Shown here: one piece after another, positions 37,955-50,826 of the stretch
How the letters are laid out: every line of letters starts with the position of its first letter
Numbering within the stretch: the stretch's first letter is position 1
Source: Antedon mediterranea
Taxonomy: Eukaryota > Animalia > Echinodermata
Direction of reading: 5' to 3'
DNA: 64,000 nucleotides
NCBI RefSeq assembly: GCF_964355755.1
Contig: NC_092670.1
Coordinates: 27,080,795-27,144,794, forward strand
The notes under the pieces: generated by a model
The model's database searches: none
What the model was told of the DNA's origin: nothing
Seen by the model: the letters and a program-made list of their open reading frames with translations, nothing else
Position numbers and translations under genes: made by a program

Positions 37955-40089
37955 CACACTCACATCATATTGCGAATTTTGGACAAAAAGTGTTTTGAGA
38001 GCGCTTTTGATTTAAACATTAGCGCGAGCCTATCTAGCCGCTGAGAATAGTATTGAGAAACCCGAAGATTTCACGCGAGCGAGACGAACTGACTAAGAAC
38101 ATTATTACTAAAGATTTTCACTTCATACACGCTTATTATTGAACAATATTTGGTATAAATACTGCTAATTAATTTGAGACATTCGATGTTACTAAGAATA
38201 CTGAAGAAAATACTTATAATAAAAATTTAAAAGATTTATAACGATTCTAGTTTAGGTAACATTCGCCCATTAACAATGAAAACAAACAAATCCTGCGTAG
38301 GAAATCGCGGAACTCTAAAACGTTTGTTTTAACATCAAGCTAAAATTGTTTCCGAATTTTTAAATACATATTTGTAAATATTATGTTAAATTTCAATATC
38401 TTTACTTTTAATCCTCAAAAAATCAAAATGTTGATATTTTTAAAAAGAATTTTATGATCATTTGAAGTCGGGTATATTTACTATCGATCGCGCTCCGCCG
38501 GTGCCCGAGTAGGTGTGTACGCGTTGCTTTTGCAGGCTCTATTCCCAGTAGTGAGTTTCGGTCGTGCTAAAATAAGCAATTGTTTCTACTTTTATATGCA
38601 TTAGGGGTAAATTATGTTTTAATTGTATTTACCGCATAACAAAATTCCCAAATTTATTTCTTTTCTTGCCTAACCGTTTCTGTCACCCTAAAATCAAATA
38701 CCTTAACTGCATAATTTTAAGTGACAATAACATACAAATACTATATATAATTTGATCACTTCTTCCAAATACTTTAACGTTTTTGTATACAATTATTTTA
38801 AGAATATAAATAAAAACACACAGAAACTAATAAAATGGCAACTAATTGAAGAGGCAAACCCATTTATTTCATCAATTAAACATTTGAAAAAAAATAAATA
38901 AAATATGGTACTGCTGTGTAGGCCTTAAACTATGATTACTGTATTTTTTTCAGTTTTAATTTGTACAATAGGCTAGGCCTATTAACAACATGCTTATTTC
39001 TAAAGTCAAGAATAATAAACAGCTTTTATTTATTTAAATTCAATATTAAATCTATGAGAAACCTCAATTATGAGAATCATTTAAATTTCTGTCACCGTAC
39101 ATTTCTTTAAATGAAAACCTTTAATTTAAAAGACATTTATTATTAAGAGCTGTTCACATTTTTTGAATGTCATCATGCTGTCGATAAATAGCCCACTTTC
39201 AATCAAGGGATGCAAATGTTTTCTGGAGTCAGATCCTATAACAAATATAGAAATATAAAAAGTATGTTAATTTTAATATGTATTTGAAAGATGGGCTAGA
39301 GGTATAATGCATGATAAATTAGGGTGAATAACCTGGCCTGTGGTCATAGACCTACTAGTACTACTAGGCCTAGCTAAAGGTTTTAAATCCCATAAAACGT
39401 TTGAATTTAAAATACGTATTACAAGTACTAAATCTAATTTATATAGAGTTGTAAAGTGTGGTACATTCAGTACATTATTTAAAATAAATTAGAATGTGGC
39501 CTAATATTAATAAATAAACACTTAAAAAATTGGCCTAAACGACTCTGAGTATATCTATACGCATTGATTAACAGGCAGTACGCGTTGGACCATCAAAGCT
39601 AGGCCCAGCTTCGCACAAACCACCCGTCATACATGTGATTTGTTTACCTATTTCAATCGCCATTTAAAAAAAACCTGAAAATATCAACATGCCCATTTTT
39701 TGTCAAACGAATATTTACATTACATAGTAACTTTTTATTTAGTCACTCGTTTCCTAAAAAATTGGGGAATTTTTTTATGGTCTCGCAAAAAACCGTATAA
39801 AATCTAACAAAAAGAAGAGCAAATTCAATGATTACCTGACCGATCATAAACTGCTATCATGTTTCAAAAACCAAGTCACGTGCTTCTTCAATCCTTGTTT
39901 TAATTATTCTCATGAATTATTCATAATAATCTATAAATTAAGGCTTTCAATTGGTTAAAAGAGTTTAACCCTATTAAAATTTTAAATTCACATCGTTTCC
40001 GGGTGATGTTGTCGCGCTTCGATGAATCTCAGAAATCACAAATTACCGCAAGAGGGCTCACTACTTGTTGTCCAGTCTAAATGAATGTG
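37955..40089. mobile_element. Chapaev-like non-autonomous DNA transposon inside Gypsy pol
   Basis: CAC...GTG termini (CACACTCA and revcomp CACATTCA) with 4-bp TSD GCTT. Excision restores Gypsy FTGIGKLND. Confidence 0.7.
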
Positions 40090-41386
40090 GCTTACCAATA
40101 CCAGTAAACCTGTCTTTGTATGTCTCAGTTATTGTGCTTTTGTTTAATACCGTTGCATCTGCGTGTTTCAGGTTATACGTTACTTGAATTAGGTTGAGTG
40201 CTTTCGCTGTGTTAAAACTGAGTAGCGTTTCGACTCCTTTTTCGGCTACGCTGAATGATGCTGATATTGTGTTCGTTTTATAGGTTATGTTTGCCGTGAA
40301 AGTTCCAGCCAGGCACAGTGCTTGTCGGCTTCCATAACCGAACACCTTTGGTAGCTTTTCGGTATATAGCTGTGGTTTGTGTTGCAGGCGTTTGTATGTC
40401 GACATACTCATTATATTAATAGTCGCACCGGTATCGATAATTGCGTTGACAGTACTACCTTGAATGTTCAGATTAACTTTGGGTTGTTTTTCGGACTCGG
40501 TACCTGTAATATGGAATGAGTATTCGTCTTCGCTTGTTGTGCTATCATTGTCATCGTTAGACATGGTGTCAATAGCATGTGCGTTGTGTTTTTGTCTACA
40601 TTGTTTAGCATAATGATTCATTTTACCACAATTGTTGCATTTTTTGCCGTATGCTGGACACATATTTTTGCTTTTGTGAGGGTACTCACCTCCGCAGTAT
40701 ACGCAGATTGTTGAACTTGTGCGTGATTTTCTTGGATTGCTTTCCTGTGGTGTGTTTTGGTATTTCTGTTTACCTTTTTTGTGTGAACGCACTGTTCTCG
40801 CGTGTTGAGTTGCTTCGGAAACATCACTCGCTTTGCTTTGTTTCATTTGTTCCATCTGTTCGGATGCTGCCGTTTCTGCTCGTATTTTGGATGTTGCTGT
40901 GTCTAATGTTAGATTTTCTGTACGCAGTAGGCGTTGTTTAAGGCTTGGCTTATTGATTCCTATTACAATCCTATCAAGAATGAGGCTATCTTTTAAGGTA
41001 CCAAACTCACATGTCTCTGCTAGGCTTTTCAGCGAGGTAACAAAGGAATCAAATTTCTCACCTTCTTTTTGAATCCTGCAGTTAAAAATGTATCGTTCAT
41101 ACGTGATATTGCGCTTCCCATCACAGAATTTCTTGAACTGTGCTAAGACTGGGCCGATCTTTGTTTTGTCAGTTTCGGCGTCCCACGTAAACGTGTTGTA
41201 TGTTTCCAGGGCTCGTTGTCCGATTACCGACAGGAGTGTGGCGACTCGTGTTGCCTCGGGCTTCGCGTTGACGCCTGTCGCTGTTTCGAAATTATCAAAT
41301 CTTTGCGCAAATCGACGCCAGCTTTCAGCCATGTTGCCTGAATCCATATCTAGAGGCATTGGTGCGGGTATCGTGAACGTCGCCAT
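40090..41386 (-). CDS. Gypsy gag-protease (open frame up to the Chapaev-like insertion)
   Basis: ATG at 41386 (MATFTIPAP). WRRFAQRF, ERYIFNCRIQKEGE, CEFG, zinc knuckles, IDTGATINIM. Confidence 0.88.
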
Positions 41387-41398
41387 CGTCGTCGCCAA

Positions 41399-41506
41399 TG
41401 TAATGTTGAGTAATATGAATGAAATATAAGACACGATTCGATGATGGTTACTACTTCTTTTGCTTTATTACTAACAACTAACTATGGTGTCAAACACGAC
41501 ACTACA
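41399..41506 (-). repeat. 108-bp 5' LTR followed by the primer-binding site TGGCGACGA (41389-41397)
   Basis: TGTAGTG...CATTACA inverted ends, internal AATAAA, TGG-starting PBS 1 nt downstream. Confidence 0.8.
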
Positions 41507-41733
41507 GTATTGAGCTCGGATTTAGCATGAATACACTACAGGGACATGTCCTCAAAGGTATAGAGCCGGATTTTTTAATTTCAAACCGGATGCAGCCATA
41601 TCACGTCTCGAAGATGGTACCGTATAGCCGTATTTGGTAGCGCGGTTATTGATGTGTATGTGACGTTACATCCGGTCTTATGATGTCATTACAGCTTCTT
41701 TCGCTGTACCCCGAGTATGGCACATTCGTGCTT

Positions 41734-42668
41734 GTTATTTTTGTTTTTTAATTTTCCAAAATTTATTGCAAATTCTTTAACTTTAATTTTGATTAATTCC
41801 AATTTATCCACTGAGGAAATAAGTTCTATGTGATTACATTAGTCAATAATTTCGTTTACTTTTTTTATGAACACCATGTCGTTTAAAAAATTTGAATTAA
41901 ATTTCCATAACCCCGGACCTCGTTTTTCGTCTACTTGGTTAATTTTGATTGATACCCCTTGATGGTCAGTAAAAACCGCCGGTCTAATGTCACAAGAATT
42001 CACATATCCTAGATCATATAAATTTGTTGAGATAAACCAATAATCTAGGTTAGCCGCTTTTCTACGCCAGGTGAACTGCAGTTTGCTTTTGTTTAAAACT
42101 CTCCATATGTCTATTAAATTCATTTTTTTCATGAAGTTTTTGATCGTAAAAACAGATCTATCTTTTTTCATTTTGGTTCCTTTTTGATCGTATAACTCAT
42201 TTTGTATGCAGTTCATGTCACTGCCAATGATTATATTTTGTGCCTCACAGAAATCATCTATATATTTCTGGAGGTGTCTAAAGAAAGAACTTCTACATTT
42301 ACTAATATTCGGTGCATATATACATTTACAATGACATAATGCAAACCACCAAATTCGATATTTAGGAGGATAAATCTACCTTCCTTGTCAATTTGTATTT
42401 TTTTTAATCTATAATCAAGATTTTGTTTTATTAAAATAGATACTCCTCTACTAAAAGGTGTACCAAAACTGTGGTACGTATCTCCTTCCCAAAGGAAGTT
42501 GAACTCATTTATATATTCCTTTGTGAGGTGGGATTTTTGGACCAGAAAAATGTCTACTTTGTTATCTTTTACCCAATTAAAAATTTTTCTTTGCTTCTGT
42601 TTTTCCCTTAAACCTCTAACGTTTAAAGATAAGCAGTGTAGGCCTACATTATTGTTGTTTTTACCCAT
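41734..42668 (-). pseudogene. Tx1/L1 ORF2 endonuclease segment
   Basis: LSLNVRGL, SRGVSIL, DKEGRF, LIDIWR, RGPGLWKFN. Frameshifted. Confidence 0.88.
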
Positions 42669-42755
42669 ATTGTATAAACTATAATGCTAAAACTACCTAA
42701 ATATGATAGTGTACAAACAAGATTGTAAGTAGGCAACAGTACAGTACTTATCATT

Positions 42756-44117
42756 TCACGTTGATTTGCTTCTCATTCGTCTTCTCTTTTTATTTCTTGT
42801 TTTTGAAGGGCTCCTTGAGACCGCATCATCTTTATTCGACTTATGCATGTTGTAGTCTTTTCTTGATTCTGTTTCAATTTCATTCTTGGGTTCTATGGAA
42901 TTAGCTGCTCGGGAATCCGCAGGCCTAATGAAAGTGTTAATGCTTGACTGTATTTTATCTTTTGTCGGGTCACTGCATTTGTTGGATATACTACCTTTTT
43001 CGACTACAGCCTCTTCTCTACGCACCCCATCTCTAATATCTTCTTTGTCACTAGCATTGGTTTCGTTATCACTTTCATCGCTATCGCCAAGGCTCCATCC
43101 TAGATCTTTATTCTTGTCTTGGTCAACGAGGTCCTTCCACATTTTTTGTATGAACTTTTCACCAGTTATTGGTCGAAAGATCGCTGTTGTTTCATCTTCA
43201 CTTTCGTTGTTGCTCAAAAATTAAGATTTCTTGTCTGAAATTTCTGTCTCTTGACAATATTTAGCAATGTGGCCTTCCTTCCCGCATCTGTGACAAGTGT
43301 ATGGCATGGTATTAGGGCAGGAGCTTACTTTATGCCCAATTTCCTTACATTTGAAGCATCTGTTTACACCAACGCCAAACTGGTCTTTGTGAAAGAGCCT
43401 TGCAGCAAAGCCATTGATTTTAGTGAAGCATGGCAGGCTTCCTTTAAAGCTTTCAACTATCACGGATCTGTCTCCATTTATGAATCTAGATAGTTTTCCA
43501 TTTATACGGAATTTCACATACTGAATTTTTCCAATTATTTTGCATCCTAATTTTTGAAGGCAGATTCTGATTTCGTCGTTGTGCACAGAAATTGGTACGT
43601 CTTTCACAAGAACACGCACGCCGTTGTACACTGGTAGATACGGATTTACGTCGTAAACCAGCACATTTCTGCCATTCATGTTAAGTCCAGTTGAGAGGAT
43701 CTTTACTCTGTCGGAACGATTGTTGATATAAATTCTCCATAAGTTCTTAATTTTCTGTATTCCTACTAGATTATCTCCATGTATTACTTCACATAAAGCA
43801 AAATATATTTTTTCTTCACTCAAATAGTCATCATTTCTTTCACATGCATCGCTATCTTTAAAGAATATTGGTTTCACGCTTGAGAAGATTTGGTCTTTTT
43901 GTTTAGTTGCTAATACGTCATTTTCTGTGTGGATATCGATTTCGATTACGTCACCATGTGTGTTTTTCCTAGCTTGGTTGTGTATATTTTTGGCTTTGTT
44001 AGTCCCGTTGTTATGGTCTTCATTCGCCATGTCAGTAGGGGTAACAATTTCAGCTGGCTTAGACATGTAGGTCTTCGATTTCAGATGTTTTCCAGCAGAA
44101 AAACCTCGATATTTCAC
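42756..44117 (-). pseudogene. Tx1/L1 ORF1 zinc-knuckle protein (in-frame stop at 43221-43223)
   Basis: LWRIY, VKDVPISV, NGDR, CFKCKEIGHKVSSCP, CHRCGKEGHIAKYC. A low-complexity tail continues in the same frame to 42756. Confidence 0.88.
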
Positions 44118-46383
44118 AAGTAGCTTAATTTTAACTCTTTCAGAAACTGTTGTACTTACTTGATCTTGTTGTTTATTTTCAGAATTCAGATTTATAAATC
44201 AATTTAATAGAGCTGAAGAAGATTATACCTTGGTTAAGTCATACCACAGCGCCAAATGTTAATTGCTAATGATTTGGCCACGTGAATGAAAAAAAAATGG
44301 ATTTTTGTCTGTTTCGTCATAGCTTATCACATTTAATAGAACACATCTCGCTTATCCGTAAATTCCTTTCCCTCAAAGTTTAATATTGTCTAGGTCAATC
44401 AATTATCTTTCGAATGAGTTACAAAAATTATGACGTCATCATGTCAACAAATTTGAATAACATGGGCCACTTACTTTCATCTTTACAGTAAATTTTAATA
44501 TGTTACAGCTCGTCAGAATAAAAAGTGATAGGTTTTCTGGAAGCTGTTCAATTTTAGATACGAATTCATGTAAACATTGGATAATGTCATCATATGGCAA
44601 GTTGAATTTTTTTAAAAGTCATAATGGTGTAATATGCATTTTCTAACGTACTGTATGTGCAGGTGGCGTTGTGGTTGTGGAAAACTATACTTGTCAAAGT
44701 GACAAGTTCAAATCTAGTTAGATTAAAGGATTGTAATGTCTGTAGGCCTAGCCCCTAGTAGAAACTTTCATTACACCAGCTGACATTTTTCAAAATGTTC
44801 TCAGCTCAGTCCCAACCATGGTAGGGCTGGTCCTGGAGACTTATACTGTATATGTTGTTCGTATTTCGAAGTATAATGTCTTTTTTCCGGGGACATAGCA
44901 GCTGTATTTTACAAAATGTTCTTAGCTCCACCCGAACCATGATGGACTGGTCCTGTAGACTTCCATATTTCAATATCATATAAGTGCAATTTTTGGGAAC
45001 CAAGCACCTCTATTTTTAAAAATTTTCCGAGTTCAGTCCTCATGGTGGAGTTGAGGTCCTGGTGAGACTTACATATTATATACAGTATTACAATTATTAA
45101 ATTGAAGGCATGGTGAAGGGATTTCAATGTACTGTTTTGATGTTGCACATACTTTTGTGTCATGTTCCTGTGCTTGGAGGATGACTGAGAGGATGCATTA
45201 CCCATATGGAGAATGCATCCTAACCTACTGATGTTGATGTTGGAAGTGAATGTTGGGATAGTGTCTGTACTCGCATTGGTCATGTATGTGGCATCGTTGT
45301 TTTGTTGTTGCTTTTCTATCCATCATCTTCATAATCATTTTGAACTAATTGTTGGTGACATTTCAGAGCATCCCAATGCTTCCGAAGACGTTGCTTCCGA
45401 AGACATGCCGAAGATACCTGTAATGTTCTTTCCGACATCACAGGTTTTTTTAAATAAAATCATAACATTTACTTTTTGGCTCAGACATATACTGTTTCGT
45501 ATGTTTTTCAGCGTTTCCACCCTCTTAAAACCATTCTAAGGCGTTCCATGCGATACAATGTCAAAATGTTGGCTACAACATACATTTCTGGGGCATTTTA
45601 GGTCATTATCTGTTTTTTCACTACAAAAGTAATTGAAAGTGTCCCTTGAAAGCCCTAGTTGTACACTGTACCTACCAGAGTTCCAGGAACATTGCATCGA
45701 GACAAAATATTTCCATAAAAATTAATGGTATAAAAAGCTACACAGATTGAAAAATATTACTTTCTTCTTTAAATATTTATGGTTTATATGAAAAGAATAT
45801 TTTAACATTTATGTTTGATTATCACAAAGGTAATTTAATACCAGACTCTTTTGATGATTTGTTTCCATACGTTAGAATAACAACATACTATAATTCACCA
45901 AATCTCTGTCTGTCCAGGTTTATTCAGACACTAGGGGTCGCACGGTCTTCAAACTTGCTGGATGGAGCTCAGTAAGGGGAAGTTTGCATTCATTAGGTTG
46001 TCGGGGTCAATGGTCATTCCATCGATAAAGCTGAAACTTGGGGAAAACAATCCTGTGGATATGGTGAGTATGAATTTGATATTGAGGAGGGCACCACCCA
46101 AGGTCATGTGATGTCAAAGGTCAAGGTAAATTTTCAAAATTACTCCGATCTCTGTTTGCAATTTGTTTCACTCAAAATGCTAGATTGCCTAGCCTAATAT
46201 GATTATTTAAAAAAAATAAAATGCCTCTGCATTGAAATGAATAAATAAATGAAATTAATCAATTTGATTGACTATTTGACTGAGAATTTAATGTGTATGT
46301 CTATGAATTTATCTTTGAAAAGATGAAAAAATTTTTTTTCCATTTATTGTGTTAATAATTTCAATTTCTGAATACAAACTTAC

Positions 46384-46477
46384 GTAGGTACTTCTTCTTG
46401 TGGTACATAGCCTGGCTTTACTTTACGAGGTTTACGCCACGATCCATCAGGTCTCTGACTTGCTGCAATGTATGTAC
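46384..46477 (-). CDS. PYM1: PYM1 middle exon (Mago-binding domain), 94 nt
   Basis: ttttag|GT ACA TAC ATT ... GTA CCT AC|gtaagt. Encodes [32 protein letters not shown], the PYM signature. Confidence 0.96.
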
Positions 46478-48736
46478 CTAAAAGAATCCCATATCTTGGT
46501 GTCAAAGAAAATGTTCTACCCTATATAGTCTAATAAACGCCCTGGTGGTATTGCATTTTTTTCACAAAAGAAGGGGGAAGGGGTTGAGAAGATTTAAATA
46601 TGTGGAGTATTTATAGACCGGGCACCCAGATCGTTTATTCATGTGAAAGCCACAAAAGTTTTGATGGGCTGATTATGTAGATAATGGCTAAGATTCAATA
46701 ATCAATATTGCTGTCGGGTCTTATCCTGTAAATTTACCATGGGGACACCAAATGGTAGGGGTAAAAAATGGATTTAATCATGTGAAAAGCGACACAAATA
46801 AAAGTTGTTGGACATGTTAAATGTCCCCATATGTGTATACAATGTTAAAGAAAGCAACGACAGCAACTTTATTTTGTAAGTTGCTCGAGACAGTAGCCCT
46901 AAGTTACCACTCAAAAATGATGTTAATCATGTCAAACAGTCAAACAGGTAATTCTTGTAATTTTTGGTTACGACCACTACAGGATTTATTAACACAAACA
47001 GCCTCACGGCACAAGACCTATTGTTATAACTTCCCATTGGGATATATTGAAATACCAACTTATTCTGAAAGTTTTTAGGTAAATGGCACCCTTAGATGGC
47101 CGGAAATGGTACTCTTTTACATAAATTCATGATAAAATGGCATCTCTCATTTAATAGAGAATAAGCAGGACTAGGCCTAGTGAGGTTGTTGGTGTACTGC
47201 GCTACCGTGCACTCGAATTGCTCCTCCAAAAACGTTTTAAAGATGTTTTAACTGTGTTTTATTATATGTATGCTGATTATTGACTTGTTTTTGATGTAAT
47301 TTTTTACGATGTGTGCAGGTGCATCGCGACCACCAATGGTTCTCTACAACGACCGCGATTTTCGCGCGAAATGTACCTTGACGATTCCTACAGTAGGCCT
47401 GAGAGCCTAGGCCAATACGATTCTCCTTGAAATTGATTTAGTATTACCGAACATGAGCTTTTAAGGCTGGTTTCCTGTCGACGTAAGAGGCAGTTTTTCT
47501 AACGTCAGTTACGATTGTTACATCGTTTTTACGTAAGAAACCAACATTTGACAGGAAACCGCTTACGACAATATTTTGGTGAAAAATAGACGCAACGCAA
47601 TGAACGACAGGAAACCGGCGTATCAAATCTCTGTCTGATACGTTGATTTATCGCGAATTTACAGGAACCGAACACCTTAATAAAACCAATTTCCATTGGC
47701 TAGATTTAAAAAAATCCCTTAGGTTGTTAAAAATTATGGTAGCTGATATAATTTCTAACAGATAGATACCAAACATGACGTGAATCGGGTTAGCGGTTTG
47801 TTTACAAAAGCGCCGTAAAGAAAGTTGATTTTTGAGTGAACAAAAATACAATTTCCTAATGATTTTCAATGGAAACGACTTATATAATTGCAAAATACAC
47901 ATACTTGTGATATTTTTTTATGAACAAGAGTTTGATATGTTAAAGATAAGTGTTTATAGTATCGTTTTTTATTGAAATTTTAAAATGAATAGGTTAGGCC
48001 GTTTTTCACATTCTGAACTTCAAGGCTAAATATCTCAAAAGTTCGGGTTGCGACTCTGCGCCGCTTTTGTGATGCCAGGGCTCATTTGGTGAAGTTATGC
48101 ACCTCCTATTTTTGAATGACATCAGAGTTGCGCAACATGACGCGGTTTTATGAATTTTTATGATTGATCATAGATTAAAAACCAAGCGTAATTTAAGTAA
48201 TATCAAGGGCAAAACTTTTTTTTTAATGTATTATGGAAGCTGATGAGTTGTAGATATCAATTCATGTAAAATTTTGGAACTTTTCCAGAAATTAAACATT
48301 TATCTGAAGATGTCGTAATAAGGTTTTCATTAGCGCCAGACTTGCGCAGCGAAACATTTTTTTTTTAAACTTCATAAAGTCATAATTTATATAAGGGGTC
48401 AACTTTGTATGGAATAAAAATGGTTTATTGCGCAACAAATTACGCGAACATTCGCAATAAAAATGTTGTATTGCGAAAAAATGTTTTTCTGTTGCATGCG
48501 CATATTTGCGCAAGCAGATCGTAAGCACCATAGAAAGGCTGTTTTGCAATTGATTTTTGCTTTTCATATCTTTTGTAGTAGACTGCATTCATTTTGATGA
48601 ACTTTAACTGCAAAATAACACGCATGTGCACGTTAAACTTCAATAATTGTGTGCTAAAAAATGGGTAATTGAATGAAAATTTGTGAAGAAATGTACCTAT
48701 TTTTATCCAGTTGTAGTTCCTCAGGATGGCTGGTTA

Positions 48737-49149
48737 CCGTAAATCTTCTAATAGTAACCCACACTCTAATAGTAACCCCCTTCTAATAGTAACCCACCTT
48801 ACTGTATAAGTCAATCTATAATAATAACCCACTACTCTAATAGTAGTTACTATTAGAGTCACAAAAACTATTGACAAAATGACTAGTCGTTTATGATGCA
48901 GCCGTATTTTTAAAATAAAGAGATAATGCATGTTGATCTCAGGAGTGGGGAAGGATTGAGTGTTTTTGAGTTTGTAAGTTAAGGTTACAGTTCAACCAAA
49001 TGTGTTTATTCGTACTATTTTCATGTGCCTAATTTAAGATTAGTAATAGTAACTCACTACTTTAATAGTAACCCCCCTTCTAATAGTAACCCAACCTTAA
49101 AAAACAATCAAAGAATAATAACCCAGGGTTACAAATAGAAGATTTACGG
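48737..49149. mobile_element. Tc1/mariner-type MITE
   Basis: TIR CCGTAAATCTTCTA..GTAACCC with TA TSD. Internal TAATAGTAACCC repeats. Confidence 0.88.
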
Positions 49150-50082
49150 TACCCTTATTTTTTTTTTTATATATTATGGAAGCTGATGAGTAGATATCAA
49201 TTCATGTAAAATTTGTTCAAATCTAGTTCATCTTTATTAGTTATCCACACTCGGCGAATAACTCCTTGTAATCATCCTGTTTCTTTTTTTTCTTTCTCCT
49301 TCATTTTTGTTTTTCAAATATCTCAAAAACTTTTTGTGTATGATGTGCACATGGATTGTCGTGTGGCTAACTATACTTGTCAAAGTAACGATGTCGGATC
49401 TTCCATCCTTCTCCTCCAATTTTTGTGTCTCGTGTATATCTCTAAAATATATCTCTAAGTATATCTCATAACATTTCATAACTCTGCCAACATATGGAAA
49501 TTTACATGAAGTTGTGCAACATTTATTTTTTTAAGACGTCAGAGTTGCACAATGTGACTTATGCACGAATTTATGAATTTCAATTTCATAGATAAAAAAC
49601 CAAACATTATTTTTTATTGACACTTTGCGAAAATTTAAGTCATATCAAGGGAAAATTTTTTGTGGATTAAAAATGAAAAATTAAATGTTTCACAAAAAGT
49701 TAGGGCGCCCGCGCATTTAAAATTTAAAAATGCTAAAAATTAATTTCTAATCATTACATTTTGCAACATGCAAACTATTTTACGCGTGCGGTGCGCATGG
49801 AGTATGAAAAACATGTTTTTTCCCTTTAATTATATTGAGTATTTTTACAAAAAATCAGATCTTTTCCACTTTAAATAGTTGGATTAGTCAATTTGCATGC
49901 GTTTTAGTTGAAAAAGTTACAAAATAATGTAAAAAAAAATCATGCCTATTTTGAATCTATTATAGCTCCTCGGGATCAACCGTGACCCCCATTTTTTTTT
50001 TTTCATAATATGAAAGTGGATAAATTGTTGATTTGAATTTAGATAAAAACTAAATTTTGCATTAATAGTTCATCACATTTAA

Positions 50083-50826
50083 CCCATTGACTGCCAACTT
50101 CGCATTTATGCGAACAGGCTAGTTGTACTGGCTGTGCCAACTTCGCATTAATGCGAAACAATTAACGTCTCAATAAAATAGCCTACATAACGTCTTCATT
50201 GACTCTAATTTTATTGGCATGCATTATTAATGAAAGCCAATGAACCATTCTATATTGTGACGCAAAAATTTGTAGGGCTTACTATAATAAAAATTTGAGT
50301 ATTTTGCGGTTTAAAATGTCGGTTTGAAATGAAAATGAAGCGCTATTCTACCGCGAGAAGTTGTCGCTACTGGGCTTGATCATGATGGCTCGGATATTGA
50401 CGTCAATTACGATGAAGGCCTAGCTAGCTAGGCCTAGAAATATATTGATAAAGGCCAAGGCAGGCAATGTGGTATGGACGTGGACTGCAAATTATCTAGT
50501 AGGCCTAGGCCTAGTAGGTCAGCGCTAGGCTACTACTATATTATTAACTAGCTTGGTCTAGATCTAGCTAGCTGTACAAATATTGCTAAAAACCTTATAA
50601 TAAAAATACATTTGCATGTAGAAATGTCTGTTGAATATTTGTTTTATTATTTATTTTTTCAAATTATCAATAGTTAATTAACAGTTATTTGCAAATTAAT
50701 ACTACCCTGTCAAAAAGTTTGTTTAATCTCGCGTTGGTAAAAAAATGAGCTGGAAAGCAGGAAATACCTCACTGAAATGTACTGGCAGTACAGCTATGGG
50801 CTAATAAACATCCGGTAGTCAATGGG
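50083..50826. mobile_element. piggyBac-type MITE
   Basis: TTAA TSD with TIR CCCATTGACT(G/A)CC. Confidence 0.88.

Larger units (their letters stand above)
35558..41506 (-). mobile_element. Ty3/Gypsy (Mag-like) LTR retrotransposon with 5' LTR present and 3' end deleted
   Basis: Domain order gag-PR-RT-RH-IN: CNNCGKMNHYAKQC, IDTGA, ISDDIL, TDASPSGLG, AHEGHQG, TDNGPPF, PQANGEV. Frameshifted. Confidence 0.95.
31782..41733 (+). mobile_element. Helentron/DINE-1-like composite array carrying tRNA-Val gene pairs
   Basis: Five ~340-bp elements: 31782-32120, 32619-32963, 33463-33805, 33807-34145 and 34650-34741+41507-41733. Each has sub-terminal IRs ACTCGGGGTAC/GTACCCCGAGT, a 5' foldback, a CT-rich tract, a 3' hairpin GCAC-ATTC-GTGC and T-rich ends. 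Three ~500-bp spacers each hold two tRNAs. Tx1 ORF2 flanks the block on both sides. Confidence 0.8.
28700..44253 (-). mobile_element. Tx1/L1-clade LINE, 5' end present and 3' end truncated, split by insertions at 29996-30923 and 31782-41733
   Basis: ORF1 with two CCHC knuckles. APE endonuclease (SLNVRGL, FTWRR, LDYW, TDH). RT (KAPGTDGLTVEFYK, LDFSKAFDTV, RGIRQGCPLSALLF). Confidence 0.92.

Noticed and set aside
37955-40089. RAG-like (ProtoRAG) transposon with RSS ends
   Set aside because: The TSD is 4 bp rather than 5, and there is no clear heptamer-spacer-nonamer and no RAG coding remnant.
47075-48070. Kolobok-like element
   Set aside because: The ends resemble Kolobok termini but I could not pair the TIRs or find a TTAA duplication.
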